A program made the translations under genes and the position numbers. The notes beneath the pieces are model-generated. The model ran no database searches, had not been told where the DNA came from, and was given only the letters and a program-made list of their open reading frames with translations. Of a DNA stretch of 64,000 nt, positions 1 through 11,526 are shown in pieces. The DNA is taken from the NCBI RefSeq assembly GCF_038025025.1, contig NW_027117341.1:1178001-1242000 (forward strand), in the 5' to 3' direction. Origin of the DNA: Phyllosticta citribraziliensis (lineage: Eukaryota). Positions within the stretch are counted from its first letter, which is position 1. Each line of letters begins with the position of its first letter.

Positions 1-338
1 CTACTTATAATGTAACGTTAACGTAATCACTTACTCTTATGGATTACCCTTATTGCCCTTATTACTTAAGGGTTAATTCTAGGGAATTCTAGAAAATCCT
101 TAGTAGATTAGTAAGATTTTTAGGAAATAATTACTAATTTTTTTTAGGTAGTATCAGCTTTTTCAAAATTCTGCCAGGTAATAGGAAAATTATATAGGAA
201 AGTAAATTAAGGTAACATAAGTAATTCCATACAATCTAACCTCCTAATTGCGCAACGCAATTGGCGTAGCCGATTGCGCTGGGCAATTCCACGCAATTAG
301 AGTCGATGTTGCGTTGCGTTGCGTTGCTTACAACACTG
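1..338. mobile_element. End of an AT-rich, RIP-like degraded repeat, possibly a DNA transposon terminus (hAT-like TIR)
   Basis: 1-248 is strongly AT- and TpA-rich (ttataa, ttaatt, tagtag), unlike the GC-rich rest of the window. 249-338 has short TTGCG/GCAAC repeats and reads CAGTGTTGTAAGCAACGCAACGCAAC on the minus strand. CAG-initial termini with subterminal repeats are typical of hAT elements. The partner TIR lies outside the window. Confidence 0.5.
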
Positions 339-1179
339 AGAAAGATATATAAGATACATACACATATTCTTCACACTCAGTCTCAGACCGGAAATGCCAT
401 CATCAGAAACGACGAGGACGCGTAACTAATACCAAGGGACTGAAGGTGCGCCGGGTAGGTAGGCAAGGAGTATGGGCTCGTTTATATTATTCAGAAGGGC
501 AATGGTTGCGGCAAGACATTCGTATAAACGAAGACGGGTAACCGCCATCTCATGAGTGATCCTCCCTCGGAGGTTTATAAGTTGAATGGCCCGCTCCGAA
601 CCGCGCTACCGCCTCGCTCCCAATTGAACTTTGCGTCCGAGGTTAGGTAAACATCCGATTCATGGGACAAGGTAACTGTAAAATCTTAAAAGAAAACCTA
701 AAGCACTAGCATAAGAGTAAAAAGTAGGAACAGCACGTCCACAGTGGATATTCGCTTCTGCTCTTGCCTATTTGCTGACTTAAAGGGAGATAGATCGCGG
801 GTTGAGCTGCATGCCCGACAAACAGGCTCACGACCGAGGCCCCGCGGGCGAAACCAAGACCTGAGTCTCCATCCGTCCACGGTGGGCGCGCCGGACGAGG
901 TACCGAAAATGGTCGGAGTTTTCGCGAGCGGCGGCTTGAAGATGGACGGAGCTGCCGTACCAGCAAGTGGACGCTGCTGGGAGGAAACACGACCACGTCG
1001 CTATGACGGCGACCCATTGTAGCAGCGACATGACGGTCATCGCGATGTCGCTATTTAAGAGAGCAAGTCTTTCGTGTCCTCCGCCGGCCGTCAAATCGGC
1101 AGTCGCTCTCTTTCCCGCCTTTGCATGCGCCTTGTTGCAAAAGCCAGCCAATACCCACATTGTTGTCACCATCGTCATC

Positions 1180-1533
1180 ATGAGACTTGGCAGTCTCTAC
1201 GCGGCCATATTGGCTACAGTCCTCTTTTCCATCACTTCGCTCGTCCACGGCCACGCCTGCCTCTCCTTGCCAGGGGCTTGTGACAGCGTCAAAAGCTCCT
1301 CGCAAACCCTTCAATATCTCTGCAATAATTGCGCCACTTGCGGCGACGACGGAGAGGGCTACACGTACGTACCTGATATGACGGTGGGCGGTTGGATGGA
1401 GAGCAAAAACAGAGATCTGACTCGGGGATACAAACGCAGTGTCTTCGCTTGCGACAAGAAAGGAATTGCGTGCGAAAAGGTCAAAGGCTCCGTGTCGGAT
1501 TGCAAGAATTGCCAGAGTCCGTACTGTCATTAG
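1180..1533 (+). CDS. Small secreted cysteine-rich protein, paralog 1 (candidate effector, 10 Cys)
   Basis: Signal-peptide-like MRLGSLYAAILATVLFSITSLVHG. Probable in-frame 75-nt intron 1365-1439 (GTACGT..CTGAC..CAG) at the same position as in the paralogs. Mature HACLSLPGACDSVKSSSQTLQYLCNNCATCGDDGEGYTVFACDKKGIACEKVKGSVSDCKNCQSPYCH. Confidence 0.85.
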   Translation: MRLGSLYAAILATVLFSITSLVHGHACLSLPGACDSVKSSSQTLQYLCNNCATCGDDGEGYTYVPDMTVGGWMESKNRDLTRGYKRSVFACDKKGIACEKVKGSVSDCKNCQSPYCH

Positions 1534-1972
1534 CCGCCTCAATGGAAGATGGGAAAACGCGCTGTGGTGGTGGCTCAGGATAGTTTCCTTTTGACAAACG
1601 CGTCTGCGCGCACACCTTCGACTGCAGTCTCGCAGTCATTTCTTGCTTGCTTGTTTGCTTTGGGGTCAGAGACAGTCCTATCGCCCAGACAGTTCTCTTG
1701 TTGGTTATACGTCTTATTATCGCCGTCTTGCGCACTTGGCGCGATGGCCTCAATCAAACTGTTTTCACACCGTCTTCGTCCATCATCACTTCCTTTTGCG
1801 CATGGCGTTAGTTGTGAGTTTATGGTATTCCTGTTGCCGATGTCATTCTGGATTCGGGGGAGCGGACGGACGGACGAATGAGCTGGACTGGTTTTGGACA
1901 GTCTTCTCCTTGATGCATTGATACTTCTGTTCGTGCAATCAGCTTCTTCGCTCTCGGAGAGACATAGGCTGC

Positions 1973-1982
1973 TGAATGACTG

Positions 1983-2016
<34 letters not shown>

Positions 2017-2061
2017 TTTTGAATGACTGACCCCCCCTTTTGAATTACTGACTCCCACCCC
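1973..2061. repeat. Poly-C tract (33 C, 1984-2016) within three short TGAAT(G/T)ACTGAC+C-run tandem units
   Basis: Read directly: tgaatgactga-C33-tttt-gaatgactga-C7-tttt-gaattactgactcccaccccc. Confidence 0.85.
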
Positions 2062-3697
2062 CGATTGGGATTAGTCCGCCCCTAAGTGCTCACTTGAATG
2101 CGCGCCGCACATTGTCGCCGCCGGCCATGGTTTTGAAGACTGTCGCTGCGACTGTTGTTGCCTAAGCAGCGTCGCGTAATTCTGCAGTGTGCAGGTGAAG
2201 CCATTGCGGCAGCTGTTTGTTGGTGAGGTGTGAAGTGTGAGATGTGGAATGTCAAGGTGGATGGTGAGTTGAGAGTTGCAACACCAAGGTCGGCGGCGGT
2301 GATGTATGACGTCAGTTGTGGTGACCGATTCAGCGGCGCCAGGCGCGCGCAATCAGCCAACCAATCAGGGCGCCATGGTTACAACTTCAAACGCCTGGCG
2401 GCGCGACAGTCGAGCGAGCAGTTGGCGACGCGGGCGCGGACTACTCCCGATCAGAGGGAGGTGTCAGTTATTCAAAAGGGAGAGCCGAGATATATACACG
2501 AATTCTTTACTTACGGAATGTAAATGCAATCAATAGCAATGACCACGTCAACCACGAGAGAAGTGCGGGCAAAATCTGATTTACAATGAATAGCATGTCC
2601 ACAAGGAACAAAGCTCTTATCTTACCTACTCCACCATGGATGCGGAGATGGGGATCGGCAACACCGAAGGACCAAAGGCACGTCGGGGGTGTCCCAAAGA
2701 AGCATATATGCTAGGGAATTTATGCTCAACAGCATTACCTAGAAGAGCAAGAGTTGCGGCAAAGCACACTTGCATGGCCAATGGATAAGCAACCGAGAAA
2801 GCTTAACTCGAAAGACCGAAGGACCGACCCGAGAGTGAAAAAAGACGAACTGAACGTTCATGGTAAGTATCTGCTGCTCATATGCTTATTTGGCTGACTA
2901 GAGGGGAAAGGGTTCGCGGGTTGGTTAGACGCCCGACATGCAAGGCAGACTGAATAGGCTCACCTTACGCGCAAGCAAGGCGGCTCAATGAGGAGTATCC
3001 GCCGGTCTCGATTAAGCTACCTTACCTATTGCTGCACTATAGCGGGCAGGCGATACGCGCAATGAAGGCGTGGTGACAGTGGCGGCACGGTCGCTGACTA
3101 ACGCGTCTACTGCGGAGAGGTGACCAGGTTCTCAACGAGCACTACAACTTTAGGCCAAAGAGCCATTAGAAATCCACAGCATGAGTACAGGTAAAGGAAG
3201 AAATTGAGGGAAGACACAGTCGGGAGGCCGCATTCATTGGCTGACGGCCGCTACCCCATTGGTCAGATGCCGTCGAAAGAATGAGAATATAAAACAAATG
3301 GCGTTTAACTCATGGTTTGAAGGCCTTGAGTGGACGGAATCAGTTGCTTCGGATCAGGGGCCGGGACCAAGTGGGTTGAATATAGTTAGAATAGTGCGAA
3401 CAGCGGCCTTTGAATGGACAGAATGGCCCTATCTACGAGGAGACGCTTCGGAGAGGGGAGGACCCAAACCAGGTACACTTCGTTGATGGGTCCTAGTCAG
3501 TGGCATCGCGATGGCCGCGATGACGTTGCTGCGATAGTTACTCAGCGTTGAGATGGCCGCTATTCAAAAGAACTACGTCTTTCACGTCTACAGATCGTTC
3601 GTCAAATCGACAGTCACTCTTTTTTTCCAACCTTTGGAGCGCTTTCGCCGTGTTGCAAAACCCGTTCCCAGGGACCATCATTTTCATCATCGTTGAC

Positions 3698-4130
3698 ATG
3701 AGACTCGGCAGTCTCTGCGCGGCCATCTTGGCCACGCTCCTCTCTCTCACTCCCCTCGTCCAAGGCTTCACCTGCGGCTTCGAAAGCCGCGCTTTAGGCG
3801 GGACGTGTGACAGCGTCTCCCAGTCCACGCGAACCTTGACAGATCTCTGCAAGAACTGCGTCAATTGCGGCAACGAGGATAATACGCACACGTACGTACA
3901 GCCAGCCAGCCAGCCAGCCAATACCCTGACACGACGAACGTGGGGCGGTTCGTTGAAAAGCAAAATTTCTCTGACGTACGGATACAAACAACAGTGTCTT
4001 CGCCTGTGATGGGAAGGGATCAAAGTGCGAAAGGGTCAGGGGCTCGTCGTCGGATTGTAGCAACAAATGCCAGGATCCGTTCACATCCAAGGGGTGTAAA
4101 AGTCCCCCTCGAAGGAGACGGGCAATGTAG
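3698..4130 (+). CDS. Small secreted cysteine-rich protein, paralog 2 (candidate effector, 10 Cys in mature part)
   Basis: Exon 1 3698-3891 MRLGSLCAAILATLLSLTPLVQGFTCGFESRALGGTCDSVSQSTRTLTDLCKNCVNCGNEDNTH. Intron 3892-3994 (GTACGT..CTGAC..CAG). Exon 2 TVFACDGKGSKCERVRGSSSDCSNKCQDPFTSKGCKSPPRRRRAM*. Confidence 0.85.
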
Positions 4131-4397
4131 GGTGGTGGCTCGGGGAAACCTGCGTGGTGTGAGCATTCATCAAGACTGAAGAGTCTTGGAGGGAGGGAAA
4201 GGGGCTAGAATGGTGCGAGAGACTTCCCGTCTACGAACATCATGTTGAGCCAAGAACCCCTCGCGACTGCAACTGGCATCAGTTGCGACACTGTCCTTTC
4301 AGGCATGTACTTAAAGTAGTACATCTTACATTCGTTTCGAGCCATAACACCTCTCCATCCTGAACTTGTCTAAAGCTTCGCCGCCGTTCTGTTCATC

Positions 4398-4818
4398 ATG
4401 AAAATCGGCAATCTATCCGCCGCCGCCTTGGCCACCCTTCTCTCACTTACTCCGCTCGTTTACGGCTACTCCTGCGGCTTTACAGCAGTGGTTGAGGGCG
4501 GTACGTGCGACGGCGGCGTCACGCCATCCAACAAAGACCTGCAAACGCTCTGCCGCACATGCGCCTCGTGCGGCAACAACGGAAAAAGCGAAACGTACGT
4601 ATACGAATGAATGAATACCCAGTCCGCGTGATGGGGGGGGTGTATGGGGAGCGTTCAATGCAGAAGAGCACAAAAGCTGACAGAGGGCACAAACCAGAGT
4701 CTTCGCGTGTGATGGAAAGGGCTACAAGTGCGAATCGGTCAAAGGCTCGTCGGACCAATGTACGAATTGCGTGGATCCATACAAGAGGAACTGCCATAAG
4801 AAGAAGAATCCTCCCTGA
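4398..4818 (+). CDS. Small secreted cysteine-rich protein, paralog 3 (candidate effector, 10 Cys)
   Basis: Exon 1 MKIGNLSAAALATLLSLTPLVYGYSCGFTAVVEGGTCDGGVTPSNKDLQTLCRTCASCGNNGKSE. Intron 4595-4697 (GTACGT..GCTGAC..CAG). Exon 2 TVFACDGKGYKCESVKGSSDQCTNCVDPYKRNCHKKKNPP*. Confidence 0.85.
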
Positions 4819-5580
4819 CGGAATGTGGGAAATGCGAGGAAGCTTGTGGGATCTGTGTGCTGCGAGCAGACTGAGGAGGTTTTACTGTAGAAAGGGGCTA
4901 GAATACGGCGAGGCACTCCCCCATATACGAACGCCGACGTCTAGCTGTCGCAAATGAAGCCAACTCGCTGCGGAGTCTTGGAAAGCGGGCGGTGGGGGGG
5001 GAAAGAAAAAGTTTATAGTTGGGGCGGCAGGTCTTGGGGATTCTGGAATACTGAGAAATATTTGGTCAGCCTTGTCGTTGGGTGGGTGATTGCCATGCAC
5101 GGAAGAAGCCTTTAATGCCCAAGTACTGTCGTTTTCATTAGTGGACTGACGGGTGCCAGTCTTCGCTTTGGCGCTGTGTGAATGTCGGACGATCTTTTGG
5201 GTAGAGGCGGCTTGAAAAGGACGGTATCCCAGAAGATAGACGCGGTCTTCCTTGCGCTGCTCATGTCGCTGCAGAAACATGCGCTGATTGTAGTAGAGAG
5301 GTAAGAACGTGCCCTCAACGGTCAATCAACACTTGCCCGGTGACTGATCGCAAGGCGGAAAATGGATTATGGCATGGTTATCTGTCAGCCAGAACAACAG
5401 CAAACAGGCTGCGCTTTGGCAGGGCGACGTCATGTTCAAAAGTTCGGTTCCTTGGAAAACGATGGAACAGTTGTTGGGTTGGGGGCTGGCCGCCGAAGAA
5501 GTGAGGTCTCGCTAGCGCCAGTCCCTGTCACTCGCAGATCTCCGAACCCAATCACCGTCAGGCCGACTGCCTTGTACATC

Positions 5581-7114
5581 ATGGTGCGATCAATGCCATC
5601 AGCGCTCACCTACGAGTCGGTGGCACGATGCTCCGCAAGTCGTCTCTCCAACTGCACACCGTACTATCGCTGACGCGCCCCAACAGACGACCAGAGCCCG
5701 GGCTGCCACGCTCCACCTTCCGCATGGCCCAGTTCCTCTGCCAATGTTCATGCCGGTAGCTACACAAGCTTCGCTCAAGGGCCTCACCTACGAACAGCTG
5801 GAAGACACGGGATGCAGGCTGTGTCTGAATAATACGTATCACTTGTGAGCGGGACGAGATTGATCTGGAAAGGCATTGGCTCATACTGGCTCCAGAGGCT
5901 TGAAGCCTGGACAGGCGACGCTCGACGCCGTCGGTGGTGCACACAAACTCCAAGGATGGTCGCATAACATCCTGACAGGTACATGATGGACAAGCACACA
6001 CGAATGAATGCCAGCAAGAGGCTGACTCGGTCGCAGACAGTGGTGGGTCGGTTATCACAGTCGTCCGCACACTCGGCGCATGCTGATGACTGGGCCAGCT
6101 TCCAAATGGTTTCGCTACTCAAACTAGCCAAGGTCACAGAAGAGGGCGTGAGATTCCTAAGCCCTCATGATGGCACGCCAATGTACGAACCGGCTTTGGA
6201 TTCGCCTGTATCGCGTCTGACAAAGCTACAGGCTGCTCACCCCCGAGCATTCGATATCGCTCCAAAACAGCATCGGCTCGGACATCATTATGCAACTGGA
6301 CGACGTCATTGCGACCACGTCTCCAGACCACGTACGGATCAAGGAAGCCATGGAGCGGTCGATTCGGTGGTTGGACCGTTGCATCGAGGGGCACAAGTAC
6401 CCGGAGCGCCAAAACCTCTTTTGCATCATTCAAGGCGGGCTGGACCTGGAGCTGCGCCGCAAGTGTTGCGAGGAGATGGTTGCGCGCGACACGCCGGGCA
6501 TCGCAATAGGCGGGCTCTCTGGCGGCGAGGCTAAAGAGTCGTACTGCGCCGTGGTCAAGGAGTGCACTGGCCTGCTCCCTGAGAACAAACCGCGCTACGT
6601 CATGGGCGTGGGCTATCCGGAGGACCTGGTCGTGTCGGTTGCGTTGGGCGCCGACATGTTTGATTGTGTGTGGCCAACGCGGACGGCGGTAAGTCGCGAA
6701 TGAGGCCCTTGCCTTTATATTTTCGAACAAGGACTGAATGACTCTCAGCGCTTTGGCAATGCACTCACTTCCAGTGGAGTGCTCAACCTCCGCCGCGTCG
6801 CGTTTGCCAACGACTTTGGGCCGATAGAAGAAGGGTGCAGGTGCACATGCTGTCGGCCGCGAGAAGAGGGAGGACTGGGGATCACCAGGGCCTTCATCTA
6901 CCACGTGGCGTCCAAGGAGACGGCGGCAGCGCACCTCCTGACTATGCACAATGTGCATTACCAGATTTCGCTTATGGCGTCGGTGCGCAGGTCGATTATT
7001 GAGGATCAATTTCCGCAGTTTGTGAGAGACTTTTTCCTCAAATTGTATCCGGACAAGAAGTATCCAGGGTGGGTCGTAGGAGCGCTTGGGGGTGTCGGAG
7101 TGCAACTGGCATAG
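5581..7114 (+). CDS. QTRT1: Queuine tRNA-ribosyltransferase catalytic subunit (tRNA-guanine transglycosylase), multi-exon
   Basis: Spliced translation gives TGT motifs [76 protein letters not shown], the Zn site CRCTCC and HNVHY. Start could also be ATG 5593. Confidence 0.95.
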
Positions 7115-7379
7115 TTGTGGGAGAGTGGTAGAATAATTATATGTGACTAGAGGGTTGTGGTCCTTGCGAGCTGTAGGGCTGAGTCGCTGGTGGTAGAAGG
7201 TTCAGGTTGTTGCCCCTCCCTCCCCTGCTCCCGCACCCGCCGACCATTCACCCGCGTCTCGTCTCCAGCTTCAAGACAACAAAAACAATGCGCCTCTGAC
7301 CTCGCTCCCAAACCACTACCACTGACCACCGAGAATCCCCCTGGCCCTCACCGCGACTGTGTCGCTCCCACCGCCAGCC

Positions 7380-10300
7380 ATGAGCTCTCCGCCTGAGGGC
7401 TCGCAGCTGCCCGACTATGGACAAGCAATCCGCAATCCGCAACCCGTAAACATTGACGCCGCCGACCAGCTCGACAAGTCCATGAAGCACCTCGCCATAA
7501 GCACCACTCCGCCCAAATCCTCCCTCTCCTCGTCCCCGTCTGCCATGGACTCGCCCCACCTCAGAGCCGCCGGCTTGCAACATGTCCCCAAGTCGCCGTC
7601 GCCCGCACTTCCTAGCCCAGTTCCGCGCAGCGCCAGCAGACTGAGCGTCGGTCGCGCCGCCTCGCCCGCTCTCTCCCGTCGAGGCTCCATGGCCTCGCTC
7701 CAAGGCGCAGATAATGCCCAAGGCCTGCGCAAAGTTTCCTCTCACAGGCGCCTCTCCAGCAACCGGAACACGTCGTCGCCCTTGTACCCGCCCAAATCGC
7801 CCCTCCCGGCCACCGCTGTCGACGAACCTCCGCCGCTCACCGCACAAAAGATTGCCGCAGACTGGTTTGCGAAGGAGCTGGAAAATCACAAGCAAGACCA
7901 ATCGACCCAGACCGTTGTCATTCTGCATGATGCATGTTATGGACATCGCTTCTCGCGGCTCAAGACGAGTAAGAGCCACTTGAGCATGATAGTGGAGCGT
8001 CCAGAGAGGGTTCTTGCCAGCATTCTCGGAATCGCAACGGCCTACGTCAGGTTCGGCGAGCGTCACGCTGGTGGACCGCATGCCCCGCATCCAAAGCGCG
8101 ATCCTGCTTCGGACGTGCCGTTTACAATCAAGCGCTCCTCTCGCGTGCAAGACATTACCTCGTCCGTGGTGGCCAATGTTCACGGAACAAAATGGATGAA
8201 AGAGCTGCAGGAAATGTGCAATCTGGCAGGGGAGAAGCTTGCGCAAAGCGCAAAGGAGGTTGCAAGGATTGACGAGGCCGATAAGCCAAAAAAGCCCGAA
8301 CTGCACCACGGAGACCTGTACCTGTCCGCAGAATCTCTCAACGCCTTGCAAGGAGCTTTGGGTGGAGTCTGCGACGGAGTGGATGCTGTCTTCTCGGGTC
8401 CCAAGGGCCAGCCGCGGAATGCTTTTGTCTGCGTACGGCCTCCTGGCCACCACTGCTCTTCAGACTGGCCGTCTGGCTTTTGTTGGTTGAACAATGTCCA
8501 TGTCGGCATAGAGTACGCGGCGCAACACCACGGACTTACCCACGCAGCGATTATCGACTTTGATCTGCACCACGGCGATGGATCGCAGTCGATTACGTGG
8601 GAGCGCAATGAGAAGGTGGCAAATATGCCGGCGAAGCAACCGAAGAACGCGCCGCCGCTTAAGAAGACTCAAATCGGCTACTTTTCGTTGCACGACGTCA
8701 ACTCTTTTCCTTGCGAAGACGGCGACTATGACAAGGTTTCGGCGGCAAGTCTTTGCTTGGAGAACGCGCACAACCAGACCATTTGGAATGTCCATTTGCA
8801 GCCCTGGAAGACTGAGGAGGATTTTTGGAATTTGTATGAGAAGAAATATGTCGTACTGCTACAGAAAGCCCGAGCTTTCCTGCGGTTACATACCCAGCGA
8901 CTTCGCTCCTCTCCCGGCCAGGTCCAGCCCAAGGCGGCCATTTTCATCTCTGCCGGATTCGATGCGAGTGAGTGGGAGGGTGCTGGCATGCAGAGGCACA
9001 AGGTCAACGTCCCCACTGAATTCTACGCCAGATTCACACGGGACATTGTCAAGATGTCGCAGGAGCCAGACTTGGGGGCGGAAGGACGGGTCATCAGTGT
9101 GCTCGAAGGCGGCTACAGCAACCGAGCATTGACGAGCGGTGTTTTGAGCCACATTAGCGGTCTTTGCGAGGGTCAAGGTGCCGCAGCAACAGACGCGCCA
9201 GCAGATCCGTTTGCTCAGGACGTACCCATGGGCAACACGGCGATCCCGCACATGATGGGAGAGACCGAGAAGAGGCTGCGATACAACGTCGAGTGGTGGC
9301 ACGAGGCCAGCCTTTATGCGTTGGAGACGCTTGTCTATCCGGATCCTCCACCCCCACCCAAGAAATCCCAACGCTCAGGCCCGCGGCCCAACTTTGCGAC
9401 GCCGACGCAGTCGTTCACGCGCAAAGTTGTCGACCCGGAGAAATTCATCAAGAACTCATCTGGCGAATGGGTGCCGGTAAGGGAGTATGCCAGGCCTCCG
9501 ACCCCGCCGCCGCCAGATGTCGATTGGGTTACGGCCGCGCACGAGCTGAGCAAGCTCCTCGTCCCAACAGACCGCCAAACTCTTAGCTGCAAGCCTGAGG
9601 AGCTGGCCGAGCCGCGCGTGAAGAAGGAGAAGACGCTTCCGCCCGAGGTGCCTGTCAACACGGGCAGGCAGCTGCGGGAGAGAAAGACCAAGGTCTCAAA
9701 CTACTCGGAGGTGCCGTCGGATGACGAGTCTTTCCACGCAAAAACATCGTCGAGGACTGACAGCGATCGGAGGAAGACGACAGATGGCGTGTCCATCAAT
9801 GCTGGCGACGACGACGCGGCTGCCATGTCCCAGCAGCGTCGAACAAGTCTTGCGTCAGACGTGACTACTGGCGAACGCCCAACAAGCAAAGGTTCCGCGG
9901 TGGCAGTGAGACAGCCTGCTGGAGCCACGGCTGGAAACGTGCAGGTCAAGAAGACGAGGCCTGCGCCAAAGAAGGAGGCGCCGGCCATGAAGCCCCCTCC
10001 CAGGCCAATCGCGTCGAGAATAGGAAGTCATGCCGACGGCAAGAGGATCAGCTCTGGAGCGTCTAGTTCTGCGTCTCAAGATGTGGACCAGTTGACCTCT
10101 GGTATCAAGAAAATCACACTGAAGATGCCGACAAAGGAAGAGCACGAAGCAAGACAAAAGGCGGCAGCAGAGGAGGAGAAGGCAAAGAGGAAGGCAGTGC
10201 CTACCAAGACTAGGGGAAAGGTGTGCGTGGCAAGGGGCGGAAAAACAACAACAGCTGCTGCTGCTGCTGGAAGGAAGCCAGCTTCATCAACAACTGGCAG

Positions 10301-11063
10301 TTCGACAGAAACAGGCCCATCAGTCGCCGCGAACAAATTGGCGCTGCCTCCCAGCGTCCCTGCGCGCACCAAGTCGGAAAACGACACCATAGCTCGGCCT
10401 CACAACAACAAGCCGGCCATGGAACTCCCCGAAGCGCGACGCCGCTCTCTCTCGCGCCAGTCCATCGAGAACATGGCCGAAGAAATCATGAACTCGCTGC
10501 CCACATCGCTGGGCTCGCCGTCTGAGCGCCTCTCCGCCGAGGGCACCACGCCCAATGGCATTCTCGAGACGGCCGAACACGTCCCGGCCATGGTGCCACG
10601 ACCAGACACGCCGCCGCCCCCGCCGCCCGCGACCATGCCGCACTTTGTGCATTACGAGCCTGGTACGGAGCAGCAGCAGAAGCCGCCGCTGCAGCACCAT
10701 CCGGCGTCTGCGCCTGCGCTGCCGACGCCGGCGACTTTGACGTGGGTGCCGGTGAACGCGGACGTTGATGCTGTGACGACGACGACGTCGACGACGACGA
10801 CTAGCAGTGGTGGTGGTGTTTCTTCTTCTTCTGCTGCTGCCCCTGCCCCTGTCCCAGCCCCAGCCGCCAAACCTCCTCTCCCCGTCTTCACGTCCAGCAG
10901 CCACATTCCGTTTGCGCCGGCGCCTGGAGCTGGAGCGCCGCCGCCACTGGCTGCGCTGATTGGACGGGAACCACTGGGTGGTGATGGTGGTGATGGTGGT
11001 GCTGGTGATGCTGTTGTGGACCGGGATACTGTGAGGGACCTGCCGCTGCAGCAGCAGCAGTAG
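7380..11063 (+). CDS. HOS3: Histone deacetylase, Hos3 type, with long low-complexity C-terminus
   Basis: HDAC motifs RPPGHH, GFCWLNNVHVG, DFDLHHGDG, SAGFDASE, VLEGGY. Hos3-type N-terminal VILHDACYGHRFSR..IVERPER. Confidence 0.92.
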   Translation: MSSPPEGSQLPDYGQAIRNPQPVNIDAADQLDKSMKHLAISTTPPKSSLSSSPSAMDSPHLRAAGLQHVPKSPSPALPSPVPRSASRLSVGRAASPALSRRGSMASLQGADNAQGLRKVSSHRRLSSNRNTSSPLYPPKSPLPATAVDEPPPLTAQKIAADWFAKELENHKQDQSTQTVVILHDACYGHRFSRLKTSKSHLSMIVERPERVLASILGIATAYVRFGERHAGGPHAPHPKRDPASDVPFTIKRSSRVQDITSSVVANVHGTKWMKELQEMCNLAGEKLAQSAKEVARIDEADKPKKPELHHGDLYLSAESLNALQGALGGVCDGVDAVFSGPKGQPRNAFVCVRPPGHHCSSDWPSGFCWLNNVHVGIEYAAQHHGLTHAAIIDFDLHHGDGSQSITWERNEKVANMPAKQPKNAPPLKKTQIGYFSLHDVNSFPCEDGDYDKVSAASLCLENAHNQTIWNVHLQPWKTEEDFWNLYEKKYVVLLQKARAFLRLHTQRLRSSPGQVQPKAAIFISAGFDASEWEGAGMQRHKVNVPTEFYARFTRDIVKMSQEPDLGAEGRVISVLEGGYSNRALTSGVLSHISGLCEGQGAAATDAPADPFAQDVPMGNTAIPHMMGETEKRLRYNVEWWHEASLYALETLVYPDPPPPPKKSQRSGPRPNFATPTQSFTRKVVDPEKFIKNSSGEWVPVREYARPPTPPPPDVDWVTAAHELSKLLVPTDRQTLSCKPEELAEPRVKKEKTLPPEVPVNTGRQLRERKTKVSNYSEVPSDDESFHAKTSSRTDSDRRKTTDGVSINAGDDDAAAMSQQRRTSLASDVTTGERPTSKGSAVAVRQPAGATAGNVQVKKTRPAPKKEAPAMKPPPRPIASRIGSHADGKRISSGASSSASQDVDQLTSGIKKITLKMPTKEEHEARQKAAAEEEKAKRKAVPTKTRGKVCVARGGKTTTAAAAAGRKPASSTTGSSTETGPSVAANKLALPPSVPARTKSENDTIARPHNNKPAMELPEARRRSLSRQSIENMAEEIMNSLPTSLGSPSERLSAEGTTPNGILETAEHVPAMVPRPDTPPPPPPATMPHFVHYEPGTEQQQKPPLQHHPASAPALPTPATLTWVPVNADVDAVTTTTSTTTTSSGGGVSSSSAAAPAPVPAPAAKPPLPVFTSSSHIPFAPAPGAGAPPPLAALIGREPLGGDGGDGGAGDAVVDRDTVRDLPLQQQQ

Positions 11064-11217
11064 ATTGAGGTTTTGGAGCTTGGCGGCGTTTGCGTGGCTT
11101 GTTCTGCCCTTTTTGATGTCTTTTCATGGTCTCTTTTCTCTGGCGGGTATCCCATTGCTTACCTGGAGAGCACCACACGGAGAAGGCGTTGAAGCGTCGT
11201 CCTTATCGTCGGTTGGC

Positions 11218-11244
11218 GGGGGGGGGGGGGGGGGGGGGGGGGGG
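11218..11244. repeat. Poly-G tract (27 G)
   Basis: Read directly. Confidence 0.9.
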
Positions 11245-11492
11245 AGCGGGGGTGTCGGAGGAGGTGCTGTCGCTAGCCGCACCGCACCGCAGTACTCGTA
11301 GTAAAGCGTCCGTTGCGTCTCTTTGTCTCGAGTCGAGCCGATCCGCAGTACCAACAGACGGGACGGCATCATGCGCCTCGCCGCTCGCTGCTTTTTTTTC
11401 TTTCTTCCCTTCTCCCCCTGAGAGTACAGAACGTACACGCATGGCCGCTGGGTTGGCGTTGCTTGTTGCTCGTCGTTGTGCTGCACTTTTCC

Positions 11493-11523
<31 letters not shown>

Positions 11524-11526
11524 CTC
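11493..11526. repeat. (CTT)n microsatellite
   Basis: Read directly. Confidence 0.9.
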
